A DNA stretch of 24,000 nucleotides from an uncultured Candidatus Saccharibacteria bacterium (GCA_964473795.1 CAYYQT010000004.1:24045-48044); one strand, 5' to 3'; counted from the stretch's first letter, positions 9,098-18,237 are shown. A program made the numbers and translations. Notes: generated by a model from the letters alone, not told the origin.

Positions 9098-10635
9098 TAC
9101 ATAAAATCAAATACTCCTCTTGGTCTATATTGTAGTGCTTCAAGTATGTGCTCGGGTAAAACATTTTTTGATTTATCTAAATCTGCGATTGTTCTGGCAA
9201 CACGCATTGTTCTGTGATACGCCCTTGGTGATAGATTAAGTTTTTTAGCTGCATTTAAAAGAGTATCTTTTGAGTCTTTTGTAAATCCTGAAATGTCGCT
9301 GTCTAACTCTTTGGGTGACATGCGTCCGTTTACAGAACCAATTCTTCCTGTTCTCTTCTCTGATAATTGTCTAGATTTTTCAACACGTTTTCGTACGGTG
9401 TCTGAAGTCTCACTTGTTGATATTTTGTTTAATGTTTCGTGTGGTATGAGAGGAACTTCAATCCATATATCAAGCCTGTCAGCAATTGGCCGTGATATGT
9501 TACGTGCTTGTTTCCTAGCTGCACGAAGCCTGACCTCGGCGTTTGAGGTTAGTGTGTCTGCTGGGTTCATTGCCGCAACTAACATAAAATCTGCGGGGAA
9601 TGTAATTGTGGATCGTGCCCTAGATACAGTGACAGTTCTATCCTCTAAGGGTTGGCGCAACGCTTCAAGAGATTGTGAGCCGAACTCAGGAAACTCATCA
9701 AGAAACAGTACTCCGTTATGAGCTAGTGTAACTTCGCCAGCACGAATGTTAGCACCACCACCTATAATTGCAGTGTGAGAAGCTGTGTGGTGTGGTGCTC
9801 TGAATGGTGGTAAATATACTGCTTTGTTCCCGTTTAAAATTCCTGCAGTTGAGTGTATTGCAGTTGTTTCCAGAACTTCATCGTTTGTAAGTTTTGGAAG
9901 TATTCCAGACAGAGCTCGTGCCAAAAGAGTCTTGCCTGTTCCTGGAGGTCCATAAAGTACTATGTTGTGTCGTCCTGCGGCAGCTATCTCTATAGCGCGT
10001 TTTGCACTTTCCTGCCCTTTTATGTCAGACATATCAGAGCTTGGTGTACGAATAATTTCCGTAGTATCTTGAGCACATTTTTTTAAAAGTTTTTCATTTT
10101 TAATATGAGCCACAAGTTCTGTGAGTGTGTTTGGTGCATAAACATTAATGTCTTTTGCAAGAAGCGCCTCTTTAGTATTCCCTTTCGGAACAAAAACATC
10201 GCACATACCATTGTTTTTTGCTGAAATTACTTGTGGTAATATACCCCGCACACTACGTATTGTTCCGTCTAGTGCAAGCTCTCCAGAAAAGAACATTGGT
10301 TTTTCTGGTAGTGTAATTTCTCCAGAAGCTGCCAAATATGCAAGCGCAAGCGGTACGTCATAATGTGCACCTTCTTTTTTTAAATCTGCTGGAGATAATG
10401 AAAGTACTATTCGTACATTTTGTGACTTTGGTGATTTGTACCCAGAGTGTCGGATTGCTGCGCTAATTCTGTCGCGTGCTTCATCAACAGCTTTGTCTGC
10501 GAGACCAACAACTGAAAATGAGTGCAGTCCTCGAGTAAGGTCTGCTTCAACAGTTACCAGTTTTGCGGTAGCTCCATTTGGCTGTGCTGTGTTTAGTATT
10601 GCGTAACCGTTTGTGTCGGTTTGTTTTTTAGACAT
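9097..10635 (-). CDS. yifB: YifB/ComM family Mg-chelatase-like AAA+ ATPase
   Basis: 512 aa with an N-terminal Lon-protease-like domain. Walker A is GPPGTGKT and Walker B is [10 protein letters not shown]. The C-terminal helical domain ends in LEALQYR. Confidence 0.9.
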   Translation of the reverse strand: MSKKQTDTNGYAILNTAQPNGATAKLVTVEADLTRGLHSFSVVGLADKAVDEARDRISAAIRHSGYKSPKSQNVRIVLSLSPADLKKEGAHYDVPLALAYLAASGEITLPEKPMFFSGELALDGTIRSVRGILPQVISAKNNGMCDVFVPKGNTKEALLAKDINVYAPNTLTELVAHIKNEKLLKKCAQDTTEIIRTPSSDMSDIKGQESAKRAIEIAAAGRHNIVLYGPPGTGKTLLARALSGILPKLTNDEVLETTAIHSTAGILNGNKAVYLPPFRAPHHTASHTAIIGGGANIRAGEVTLAHNGVLFLDEFPEFGSQSLEALRQPLEDRTVTVSRARSTITFPADFMLVAAMNPADTLTSNAEVRLRAARKQARNISRPIADRLDIWIEVPLIPHETLNKISTSETSDTVRKRVEKSRQLSEKRTGRIGSVNGRMSPKELDSDISGFTKDSKDTLLNAAKKLNLSPRAYHRTMRVARTIADLDKSKNVLPEHILEALQYRPRGVFDFM

Positions 10636-10651
10636 ACAATATTATTGTACG

Positions 10652-10693
10652 TTATAAACGGCAGATTAAATTAATTTAATCTGCCGTTTATAA
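10652..10693 (-). terminator. 42-nt perfect palindrome downstream of the DksA-like gene
   Basis: TTATAAACGGCAGATTAAATT|AATTTAATCTGCCGTTTATAA, perfectly self-complementary over 10652-10693. It lies between the dksA-like stop (10720) and the yifB start (10635). A T-run follows only on the plus strand, so strand and function are uncertain. Confidence 0.45.
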
Positions 10694-10719
10694 TTTTTGG
10701 ATACAAAACTATCTGTTGT

Positions 10720-11076
10720 TTAGTTGTTCATGTGTTCTACACAAACTGCCGCTGCACTATCTGCATTAAGTCGTTCTTCTGTAATTTCTGCACCACACTC
10801 TGTGCACTTCCCATATGTATTTTTTTCTATACGTTCGAGGGCTGATAGAACATTGTTGTAACGTATCTCTAAGTCTTTTAATATCGCGATGTTTTCTTCA
10901 AAGCCTTCTATTAAATCTGCTGCATCGTTTTTGTCAGGCTCCTTCCCTGTTTCTTGAGGGACTGCCTCCCAGTCATTTTTGTTTGACGGGTTTCTTCTAC
11001 CAATACTTGATAATTCACTTTCTAACTTTGTTTTCTCATTTGTTAGTAACTCTTTGTAGTGTTGGATGTTTTCCAT
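10720..11076 (-). CDS. DksA/TraR-family zinc-finger protein
   Basis: 118 aa with an acidic coiled-coil N-terminal part. The C-terminal finger is CTECGAEITEERLNADSAAAVCVEH, i.e. CxxC-x17-CxxH, in which the fourth ligand position is His rather than Cys. Confidence 0.75.
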   Translation of the reverse strand: MENIQHYKELLTNEKTKLESELSSIGRRNPSNKNDWEAVPQETGKEPDKNDAADLIEGFEENIAILKDLEIRYNNVLSALERIEKNTYGKCTECGAEITEERLNADSAAAVCVEHMNN

Positions 11077-11113
11077 ATGTAATACGTTAACACATAATCT
11101 AAACGCTGATTAT

Positions 11114-12496
11114 TTACTGAGTGTTTAGGTTGCTTAGTCTATTTGTTATTTCTGTAAATGCAGGAGCATTACGTGCAATTATCAACGTTTTTTTGTTCAA
11201 GAAACCATACATTAGAATACTACGTCCTTCACTATCGCTTAACACTCTAACATCGTGGTTTGTAATTATTTTATCAACAAAAGACGGCGCAATCGTAAAC
11301 TGTGTAGACGTTGCAGATGTTGTTGAGCTCATATCTCTATATTTTGGATATAAAATGTTCATATCGTTTCCGATTGTTTTTTCCCATCTAAGCATTCCCG
11401 CAAAAGCTGCGTCGTATGACGCCACTCTCATTACGAAAAACGGACGTGTTTGTGTACCTGCATGAATAATTCCAACAGTGCTATTTAGTGAGATGTTTCT
11501 CATTAGTATCTCTGGCATCGGTAGTCCGAGAGCTGCTATTAAATACCCACCAGAGGCTGGCGAGGTTGTTGTCGCCCCAAACATTGTGCTCGTTGCAACT
11601 GATATGTAAGTAAGCCGCATTGACCCGTTTGCAAGAGGTTTTGATGCGGATCTTGCAAGTGAATTTATAAGTTCTGTTCCAGTACCAAAAAGTTCCTGTT
11701 GAGAGTCTACAAAAATAAGCGTTGGCGCTGTGGTTTTTGTTGCAACTGGAGCCGATAGTTTTGAGTTGTAACTATACGCATACCATAATCCAGAAATACT
11801 TAAAACAAGAAAAATAATTCCACCTACTGCAAACCAGATGTTGTTTTTGTTTTTTGGAGATTTTTGCTTCTCATTACTAATAGAGTCTTGTTCTTTTGCT
11901 AGCATCTGTGTTTCAGACGCATTTGTATCATGTACGTAGTCTCTAAAATCAGATTTATAAGTATGTATTGGGGAAACTACACTTTCTTTATGCTGTGGTT
12001 GTATGTTTGGTAGTTCTATAAGTTCTGGTACTTCTCGTGTTTGTTTTGGAAGTACGCCTTTCTCAACTAATCTTTCTGTTGGTTTTTTGTGTTCTGATAC
12101 TTTTGCATGTAATCGTGCCAAAACTTGTTCTCTTGTGTTGGTAGGGATAGTTTGTGTTTCTTTAAGGGTGTTTGTTGGTTTGATTTCTTCAACGGTAGTT
12201 TTAGTTTCTAAAATAGGTGGATGTTCTTCGTGTGCTGCTGTGTCTTCTAAACGTTTGGGTGTTAAAACATTAGTGTATATTTTATTATCTACAGGACTTA
12301 TTGGTTTTTGCTGTTCTGCATGTTTAGGAACGTTAGTTGGTTGGGTAATAGTTTGTTTTTGAGATGTTGGCGTAATACTTTTTTCTACACTCCCCACTTC
12401 TTTCACTGGATTGTTTTTAACTTCTTCCATATCGCGTGCATATGTACGCATGCCTTGTAAATGGTTTGGGTATTGTTGTGTTTGTTTGTCGCTCAT
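11114..12496 (-). CDS. hypothetical single-pass membrane protein
   Basis: 460 aa. The N-terminal ~215 aa are polar and low-complexity (Q/T/P/K/E rich). One TM follows (IWFAVGGIIFLVLSISGLWYAY), then a ~220-aa C-terminal domain. No family recognised. Confidence 0.7.
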   Translation of the reverse strand: MSDKQTQQYPNHLQGMRTYARDMEEVKNNPVKEVGSVEKSITPTSQKQTITQPTNVPKHAEQQKPISPVDNKIYTNVLTPKRLEDTAAHEEHPPILETKTTVEEIKPTNTLKETQTIPTNTREQVLARLHAKVSEHKKPTERLVEKGVLPKQTREVPELIELPNIQPQHKESVVSPIHTYKSDFRDYVHDTNASETQMLAKEQDSISNEKQKSPKNKNNIWFAVGGIIFLVLSISGLWYAYSYNSKLSAPVATKTTAPTLIFVDSQQELFGTGTELINSLARSASKPLANGSMRLTYISVATSTMFGATTTSPASGGYLIAALGLPMPEILMRNISLNSTVGIIHAGTQTRPFFVMRVASYDAAFAGMLRWEKTIGNDMNILYPKYRDMSSTTSATSTQFTIAPSFVDKIITNHDVRVLSDSEGRSILMYGFLNKKTLIIARNAPAFTEITNRLSNLNTQ

Positions 12497-12518
12497 ATCG
12501 TTATTACTATTCTAACGC

Positions 12519-12562
12519 ACACACACCAAACAGTCGTTAGTAAACGACTGTTTGGTGTGTGT
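12519..12562 (-). terminator. 20-bp perfect hairpin between the NYN gene and the 460-aa gene
   Basis: ACACACACCAAACAGTCGTT (12519-12538), loop AGTA, AACGACTGTTTGGTGTGTGT (12543-12562). It lies 16 nt downstream of the NYN stop. There is no clear U-tract on the minus strand, so it may be a processing or stability element rather than a classical terminator. Confidence 0.45.
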
Positions 12563-12577
12563 TACTTCTTTTTATAT

Positions 12578-13096
12578 TTATTGACCGTTGTATCCGATTA
12601 TAAATTTCTTTGGTTGTTCGCACATATCTGTAAAGGCATGTGTTGCTTCGCGTAGTTTGCTAGATGAGCTTTTTCCAAAAGATATTACCTCTACCTGACA
12701 CCCTTCGTTCATGTCTAGGTACTGAATTAAAGGTACAAAGTCCCCGTCTCCAGTTGCAAGTATTATTGTGTCTAGTTTTGGGGCGAGCTTAACGGCGTCT
12801 ATTGCTAGTCCAACATCCCAATCTGCTTTTTTAGCACCATCTGCAAAAACTTGCAGGTCTTTTACTTTTGTTTCTATTCCTATTTTTGTTAGTGCTTCAA
12901 AAAAGTTTTTCTCTTCTCCGTTCTCTGTTGATATAACGTAAGCTATCGCACGAACAAGAACACGTCCGCCAACCGCTTCTTCAAGTACTTTTGCAAAGTT
13001 TACGCGAGATTTGTAAAGATGTTTAGCGCTGTGATATAGGTTTTGTGTATCAATAAATACTCCGACTCTCTGAGCGCTGTGTTTAATAACTGCCAT
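12578..13096 (-). CDS. NYN-domain (LabA/DUF88-like) protein, putative RNase
   Basis: 172 aa with VGVFIDTQNLYHSAK at the N-terminus and ILATGDGDFVPL, the typical acidic-residue pattern of NYN/PIN-like LabA proteins. Confidence 0.75.
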   Translation of the reverse strand: MAVIKHSAQRVGVFIDTQNLYHSAKHLYKSRVNFAKVLEEAVGGRVLVRAIAYVISTENGEEKNFFEALTKIGIETKVKDLQVFADGAKKADWDVGLAIDAVKLAPKLDTIILATGDGDFVPLIQYLDMNEGCQVEVISFGKSSSSKLREATHAFTDMCEQPKKFIIGYNGQ

Positions 13097-13211
13097 AAAT
13101 TCTAAATGTATTAAAAATAAATTGTATTAAATAATGAACAACTGAACTCTAAACTATTTTAGCACTATTTCTGTATTAGAAATTGATATAAAAATAATTA
13201 AAATACTGCTT

Positions 13212-13241
13212 ACAAAAACCATACCCGCATAAATGCGGGTA
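13212..13241 (-). terminator. rho-independent terminator of rpsO
   Basis: The minus strand reads TACCCGCAT-tt-ATGCGGGTA followed by TGGTTTTTG. It begins 9 nt after the rpsO stop. Confidence 0.75.
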
Positions 13242-13249
13242 GTAAGGTT

Positions 13250-13516
13250 TTATCGTTTTAGTCCTAGTTTCTTTATAAGAGCGTTATAACGTCTTTTATT
13301 GTTTTTTTCTAGGTATCTAAGGTGAGAGCGTCTGTCTGCAACCATTTGTAGAAGACCTCTTCGTGAATGAAAGTCTTTATGGTTCTTTTTCAAATGTTTC
13401 GTTAGTTCCTCGATATTTCGAGTCAACATAGCGATTTGAACGTCTGCAGAGCCTGTGTCTGAGTCGTGCAATGCAACCTTTTTAATAACGGATGTTTTTA
13501 CTCTCTTTGTAAGCAT
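13250..13516 (-). CDS. rpsO: 30S ribosomal protein S15
   Basis: 89 aa from MLTKRVKTSVIKK...; contains HLKKNHKDFHSRRGLLQMVADRRSHLRYL, which is typical of S15. The start is set at the internal Met (CAT 13514-13516). The track's 38-codon upstream extension is not S15-like. Confidence 0.9.
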   Translation of the reverse strand: MLTKRVKTSVIKKVALHDSDTGSADVQIAMLTRNIEELTKHLKKNHKDFHSRRGLLQMVADRRSHLRYLEKNNKRRYNALIKKLGLKR

Positions 13517-13670
13517 GATTTCAATACCATACCATATCTTGATTATAATTGCAACTGTGTTAGAGCCTCCTATCATAAACATAAAACAGCGCGTTTTATG
13601 TTTAAAATCTTGTTTTAGTTTTACAAACAAGCAAACATTGTTGGGTTTTTATGCAGTATAATTAATCGAT

Positions 13671-14588
13671 ATGTATGTTAAAGATTTTAAACGTCAATTT
13701 CTTGAGTATGTTGAGATTGAACGCGGACGTGCTGTAAAGACTGTGGAAAATTATGACCGCTATCTCACGCGTTATTTTAATCAAGCTGAGATTTCAAATG
13801 TAAACGATATAACAGAAGAAAGTATAAGAAAGTTCCGTCTTTGGCTAAACAGGCAGTCTGGAACTAATGGATACATGAAAAGACGTACACAAAACTACTA
13901 CTTAATTGCACTACGAGCATTTTTGAAATTTTTGCGTAAAAAAGGAATCGATTCTGTGTCGCCAGAGTATATTGAGTTAGCAAAAGTTCCTGAGCGTTCT
14001 TTGGATATCCTCACAGCATCGGAACTAAGTCGTTTAATGAACGCACCATTAACTATTCTGAAAAAAGAAGAGGATATACATAAGCAAAGAATATGTATGC
14101 GTGACAACGCTATATTAGAACTTTTATTTTCTACAGGACTGCGTGTTGCAGAGCTTTGTTCTCTTAATAGTGATATAGACCTAACGCGTGATGAACTATC
14201 TGTGCGCGGTAAGGGAGATAAGGTTCGTGTTGTTTTCTTATCTAAAACAGCAAAGACTTCAGTATCGAAGTATCTAAAGTTTCGTAACGATATGGAAAAA
14301 GCACTTTTTGTAGATGGTAGAGAAAATAAACTACACAGGATTACTCCGCGCGACGTACAACGACATGTTAAAAAATATGCAACGTATGCTGGAATTACAA
14401 ACAAGGTTACACCACACACAATGCGCCACGCATTTGCAACTGACCTTTTGTCCAATGGAGCAGACCTGCGGTCTGTTCAGGCGTTGTTAGGTCATGCAAA
14501 TATAACCACTACACAAATCTATACGCACGTAACAGATGCTCATTTGCGAGAGGTTCACAAAAAGTTTCACGGTAAAAGGAATACATAG
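13671..14588 (+). CDS. xerC: site-specific tyrosine recombinase, XerC/XerD family
   Basis: 305 aa with an N-terminal SAM-like core-binding domain. Catalytic motifs are GLRVAELCSL (Arg), HTMRHAFAT (H-x-x-R) and LLGHANITTTQIYTHV (His and Tyr). Confidence 0.85.
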   Translation: MYVKDFKRQFLEYVEIERGRAVKTVENYDRYLTRYFNQAEISNVNDITEESIRKFRLWLNRQSGTNGYMKRRTQNYYLIALRAFLKFLRKKGIDSVSPEYIELAKVPERSLDILTASELSRLMNAPLTILKKEEDIHKQRICMRDNAILELLFSTGLRVAELCSLNSDIDLTRDELSVRGKGDKVRVVFLSKTAKTSVSKYLKFRNDMEKALFVDGRENKLHRITPRDVQRHVKKYATYAGITNKVTPHTMRHAFATDLLSNGADLRSVQALLGHANITTTQIYTHVTDAHLREVHKKFHGKRNT

Positions 14589-14692
14589 ATTTATTTGTTG
14601 CACGAAGTCTTTTTTGTAACATTTACGCCGTAGTAGTTAGTTTATTCATATGTATTGGTAATTTTGTAGTGTAACGGTGTAGAATAAATGTA

Positions 14693-15457
14693 ATGAAAAT
14701 TGTTTCATGGAACGTTAATGGGTTACGGTCATTAAATAAAAATGACTATTGGACAACTTTTTTAAAGGACATTAAGCCCGATGTCTTTTTTCTACAGGAA
14801 ACAAAAGCAGAACCAAATCAATTACCGGAACATATGCTTGATGGTTCTGGATACTCCGCCTTTTTTTCATCATCAAAGACTAAAAAAGGTTATAGCGGTG
14901 TTGCTTTGTATTCAAAAATAGAACCAATCACTGTTGTGTATGGCATGGGAATCAAAGAGTTTGATCAAGAAGGTAGGGTTATAGGTGCTGAGTATGAAGA
15001 TTTTTGGGTTATCGGTGTATATTTTCCAAACGGAGGAATGGGTCCGCACCGTTTGGACTATAAGCTACGTTTTTATGATGCTTTTTTGGTGTTTATAGAA
15101 GGTCTACATAAGCAAAAACCCGTTGTTTTCTGCGGTGATATTAACACTGCACATGAAGAGATAGACTTGTCTAACCCAAATGCAAATGTAAATAATACAG
15201 GGTTTTTGCCAGAAGAACGGGCGTGGATAGATGAAATAATCCAAGCTGGGTACATAGACTCTTTTCGCTCTAAACACCCAAATACAAAAGAAGCTTATTC
15301 GTACTGGGACCTTAGAACACGTGCTCGTGATAGAAACTCCGGCTGGAGATTAGATTACTTTTTTGTTTCAAATGAATTATCGTATAAAATCAAAAGAGCT
15401 GAAATACACAGTAATATATACGGTTCTGACCACTGCCCTGTTTCTATTACTTTATAA
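14693..15457 (+). CDS. xth: exodeoxyribonuclease III (AP endonuclease)
   Basis: 254 aa with SWNVNGLRS, LQETK, GDINTAH and the C-terminal GSDHCPV. Confidence 0.9.
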   Translation: MKIVSWNVNGLRSLNKNDYWTTFLKDIKPDVFFLQETKAEPNQLPEHMLDGSGYSAFFSSSKTKKGYSGVALYSKIEPITVVYGMGIKEFDQEGRVIGAEYEDFWVIGVYFPNGGMGPHRLDYKLRFYDAFLVFIEGLHKQKPVVFCGDINTAHEEIDLSNPNANVNNTGFLPEERAWIDEIIQAGYIDSFRSKHPNTKEAYSYWDLRTRARDRNSGWRLDYFFVSNELSYKIKRAEIHSNIYGSDHCPVSITL

Positions 15458-15656
15458 AAGACATAAAGGACAAGTTATCCACAGGCAAGGTATGGACAGT
15501 GTCCTATATGAGAGTATTATAGTCAAAAGAGAGGACGTTCTTTAATAGCTCTTTCACACATCGCGTATGTCGCACGAACTTCTGGCCAACGATAGGGCGT
15601 ATCCCTCAAAAAATAAAAGGGCAGACAAGTTCCACGTGTAACGTACAAATACCTAC

Positions 15657-15749
15657 AAAAAAACCGCCAACCACTAATCCCCAGTCGGATTAAAGCAACG
15701 AGCCCCCAAGCTAACTAATACAATCCGACAACATATAGGCGGTTTTTTT
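15657..15749. other. nested stem structure flanked by A7/T7 (elaborate bidirectional terminator or small structured RNA)
   Basis: The outer helix is AAAAAAACCGCC (15657-15668) pairing with GGCGGTTTTTTT (15738-15749). The inner helix is GTCGGATT (15684-15691) pairing with AATCCGAC (15722-15729), enclosing a 30-nt C-rich loop. It lies 200 nt past the xth stop. Confidence 0.4.
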
Positions 15750-15835
15750 ATTTTCGAGAAAATCGTTTGTTTTAAACAAATATATACTGTAGAAGTCTTT
15801 AAATACTAAGTAATTAAGTAAATCTATAAGATAAA

Positions 15836-15875
15836 ACCTAACACTTATGTTTCGCATGAAACATAAGTGTTAGGT
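15836..15875 (-). terminator. rho-independent terminator of cca
   Basis: An 18-bp perfect stem, ACCTAACACTTATGTTTC-gcat-GAAACATAAGTGTTAGGT. On the minus strand it is followed by TTTTATC. It lies 39 nt after the cca stop. Confidence 0.7.
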
Positions 15876-15913
15876 GTGTCACGTGAAAAGAAACCTTTCT
15901 TTTGTATGATTGA

Positions 15914-17377
15914 CTAACAAACGTGGTGTTTGGACATTATTTTCTGTATTTCCTCATCTTCTCGTTTTTCACGCTCTTGCTTTCCAGACTCTCCAAGTAT
16001 CTGTAGTTCTTTGTCTGATAATGAAAGTAGACTCAAAATACGTTTGTTTAAATACTCTTCACTATTCTTCTTTGGGTCTTCTAGTACTTCCTCAAGAAGT
16101 GCGTGAAGTGTCCAGCCTATTCTAGGGCCAGCCTTTACACCAAAGTCATTCATAAGTTTGTTCCCGTCTGTTTTAAGCATTGATACTGAAATTGGATCCA
16201 TTAAGGCTTGTTCTACCATTGCCTTATACTTTCTAAACCTAAACGGTTGTTCTTTTGGTCGGCCTGTGCCAATACGGTCGCATATTCTTAAATTAAGTAA
16301 ATCCCATATGTGTTCTTTCCCAACGTTACAAATCATACGTCTTACGGCTGATATTGTAATTTGGTCGGGGTCAGAGAAAAACATATGCCATCTAACAAGT
16401 TTAACTACCTTGTCTATAGTTTCACGTGAAAAGTGCAGTTCCTCAAGTGCTTTTTTTGTTGTTCTTGAACCAACAACATCATGTCCGTGGAAAGTCCACT
16501 GCTTTTTTTCATTTGACCAACGTCTAGTTTGTGGTTTGGATATGTCGTGAAATAGGGCAGCTAGTCGTATTTCAAAACTCCAGTTTTTATCTGCTGCATG
16601 TTGGGTGGTACGCATTAAGTGTTCAAAAACATCATAAGAATGTGCTTGATTTTGCTCTATACCAATACCTTTTACGAGCTCTGGAGATATGTACTCAAGA
16701 ACACCAAGTCTAGCAGCAAGTACTAACGCCATCATTGGTTGGTCAGAATTAAGTATTCGTACTAACTCATCGCGTATACGCTCTTTAGATATATGACTAA
16801 GGTTCGATGCTTTTTGTTGGATTGCTTCTGCTGTGTTTGTGTCTAGTGCAAAACCTAGCTCTGCTACAAAACGTAGTGCCCTCATTAAACGTAAACCATC
16901 TTCCTCAAACCTTTCAAATGGACTCCCAACTGTTTGTAGGACACCAGCTTTAAGGTCATTGTGTCCTTTATAAGGGTCTATTAGCTGTCCTTTAGCATCA
17001 TCGTATGCAATTGCATTTATTGTGAAGTCTCTTCGTGCCAGGTCGTCTTCTATAGAGTCTCCGAAAGTTACGGAGTCTGGTCTACGTTTGTCAGCATAAG
17101 TTGACTCTGTTCTGTATGGGGTAATTTCTACTATTTTAATAGTTTTGTCCTCTGTAACGTTTACAACTCCAACTGTTCCAAAGTCGTTTGTATAAAAAGT
17201 CTCATCAAACAATGATTGAATATCGTCTGGTTTTGCGTTTGTTGTTATGTCCCAATCCTTTGGTTTTCTGTTTAAATATAAGTCCCTAACACAGCCGCCA
17301 ACAAGGTAGGCTTCAAATCCTGCGTTTCTTAGTGTTTTTGTTATGTTTTGTATTTCACGTGGAACGTCGTACCTCAT
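15914..17377 (-). CDS. cca: CCA-adding tRNA nucleotidyltransferase with HD domain
   Basis: 487 aa with the class II nucleotidyltransferase head LVGGCVRDLYL...DWDITT and RDFTINA. An HD-domain signature is present (AALFHDISKP). Confidence 0.85.
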   Translation of the reverse strand: MRYDVPREIQNITKTLRNAGFEAYLVGGCVRDLYLNRKPKDWDITTNAKPDDIQSLFDETFYTNDFGTVGVVNVTEDKTIKIVEITPYRTESTYADKRRPDSVTFGDSIEDDLARRDFTINAIAYDDAKGQLIDPYKGHNDLKAGVLQTVGSPFERFEEDGLRLMRALRFVAELGFALDTNTAEAIQQKASNLSHISKERIRDELVRILNSDQPMMALVLAARLGVLEYISPELVKGIGIEQNQAHSYDVFEHLMRTTQHAADKNWSFEIRLAALFHDISKPQTRRWSNEKKQWTFHGHDVVGSRTTKKALEELHFSRETIDKVVKLVRWHMFFSDPDQITISAVRRMICNVGKEHIWDLLNLRICDRIGTGRPKEQPFRFRKYKAMVEQALMDPISVSMLKTDGNKLMNDFGVKAGPRIGWTLHALLEEVLEDPKKNSEEYLNKRILSLLSLSDKELQILGESGKQEREKREDEEIQKIMSKHHVC

Positions 17378-17480
17378 AGTAGGAATACTAATACTCTTAT
17401 GGTTTTTTTCCTAGTGTGACAGTAGTATGTGGTGTAGGATACAAACACGTTCGCATTTGTTTTTTTCACAGAATGTAAAC

Positions 17481-17552
17481 GCCCCTATGGTGAAATGGAT
17501 ATCACAACTGACTTCGGATCAGTCGTTCTGGGTTCGAGTCCTGGTAGGGGCA
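17481..17552 (+). tRNA. tRNA-Arg (anticodon TCG), no encoded CCA
   Basis: Hand-folded cloverleaf. The acceptor is GCCCCTA/TAGGGGC and the D arm is GTGA..TCAC. The anticodon stem ACTGA/TCAGT carries loop CTTCGGA. The T arm is CTGGG-TTCGAGT-CCTGG (two G-U pairs) and the discriminator is A. Confidence 0.8.
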
Positions 17553-17645
17553 CAACACTTTTTTAAGTACCGTACTATATGAATGGTTTCAGTGTGTTTG
17601 GTTGTTGTAACCGCAGCTAAATAAAAGCTGTGATATGATTTTGTA

Positions 17646-18206
17646 ATGAAAATTGGAGTTATGGGTGCACACGGAAGCTTTTCTGAAAAAGCAGGGGAAG
17701 AATATATTTCTAAACATAAAGTTAAGTTTGGTAAAATTATTCCTCTCGTTAGTGCAGAATCAGTACTTAAGTCTGTCGAAGATGGTTCTGTTGATATAGG
17801 AATCTTTCCAATTGAAAACTCAAATGGTGGAATTGTGACTGAAGCGGTATACGCAATGGCTGGGCATAATTTTTCGATTAAAAGTATGTTTGAGATTGAT
17901 GTACATCATATGCTTTTGGTTAAGCCTGGTACTAAAGGTTCTTCAATACAAACGATATGCTCACATGACCAGGCGTTAAGGCAGTGTCGTATGTATCTTA
18001 AAAGGGTATGGGCAGGGGCTGATGTAACCCCGTACAGCGATACGGCAAAGGCTGCTGAAGGTTTAAGTAGTGGTATTTTGCCTGATACCACAGCGGTTAT
18101 TGCGCCTCGGAGATGTTCTGAGCTTTATGGGTTAGAAATACTAGAAGAGTCTATCCAAGATTTGAAGTTTAATTACACTACGTTTATTGTTGCTGTTAAG
18201 AAATAA
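17646..18206 (+). CDS. pheA: prephenate dehydratase catalytic (PDT) domain protein without ACT domain
   Basis: 186 aa. MKIGVMGAHGSFSEKA...IFPIENSNGGIV...SHDQALRQC...NYTTFIVA matches the PDT-domain motif order (the canonical N-x-TRF is NYTTF here). The ORF ends directly after the PDT domain. Confidence 0.7.
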   Translation: MKIGVMGAHGSFSEKAGEEYISKHKVKFGKIIPLVSAESVLKSVEDGSVDIGIFPIENSNGGIVTEAVYAMAGHNFSIKSMFEIDVHHMLLVKPGTKGSSIQTICSHDQALRQCRMYLKRVWAGADVTPYSDTAKAAEGLSSGILPDTTAVIAPRRCSELYGLEILEESIQDLKFNYTTFIVAVKK

Positions 18207-18237
18207 AACAAACAGTGAATAAATTTTTAAGACGAAA

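Noticed and set aside
13517-13630. A 38-codon N-terminal extension of rpsO given by the ORF track.
   Set aside because: S15 is about 89 aa and the conserved sequence starts at MLTKR. The extension is hydrophobic, non-homologous-looking junk in the promoter region.
13671-14588. The Xer-type tyrosine recombinase as the integrase of the 18.4-21.2 kb foreign region.
   Set aside because: It lies 4 kb away, separated by housekeeping genes (xth, cca, tRNA-Arg, pheA). It has host-like composition and looks like the chromosomal dimer-resolution XerC/D.
15458-15913. Calling this gap tmRNA, SRP RNA, RNase P RNA or 6S RNA.
   Set aside because: On both strands I could not find a tRNA-like T-arm with acceptor end, an ...LAA tag frame, the SRP GGAA/AGCA domain IV motifs, the RNase P GAGGAAAGUCC block, or end-to-end long-range pairing. 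It is therefore left as an unexplained structured region only.
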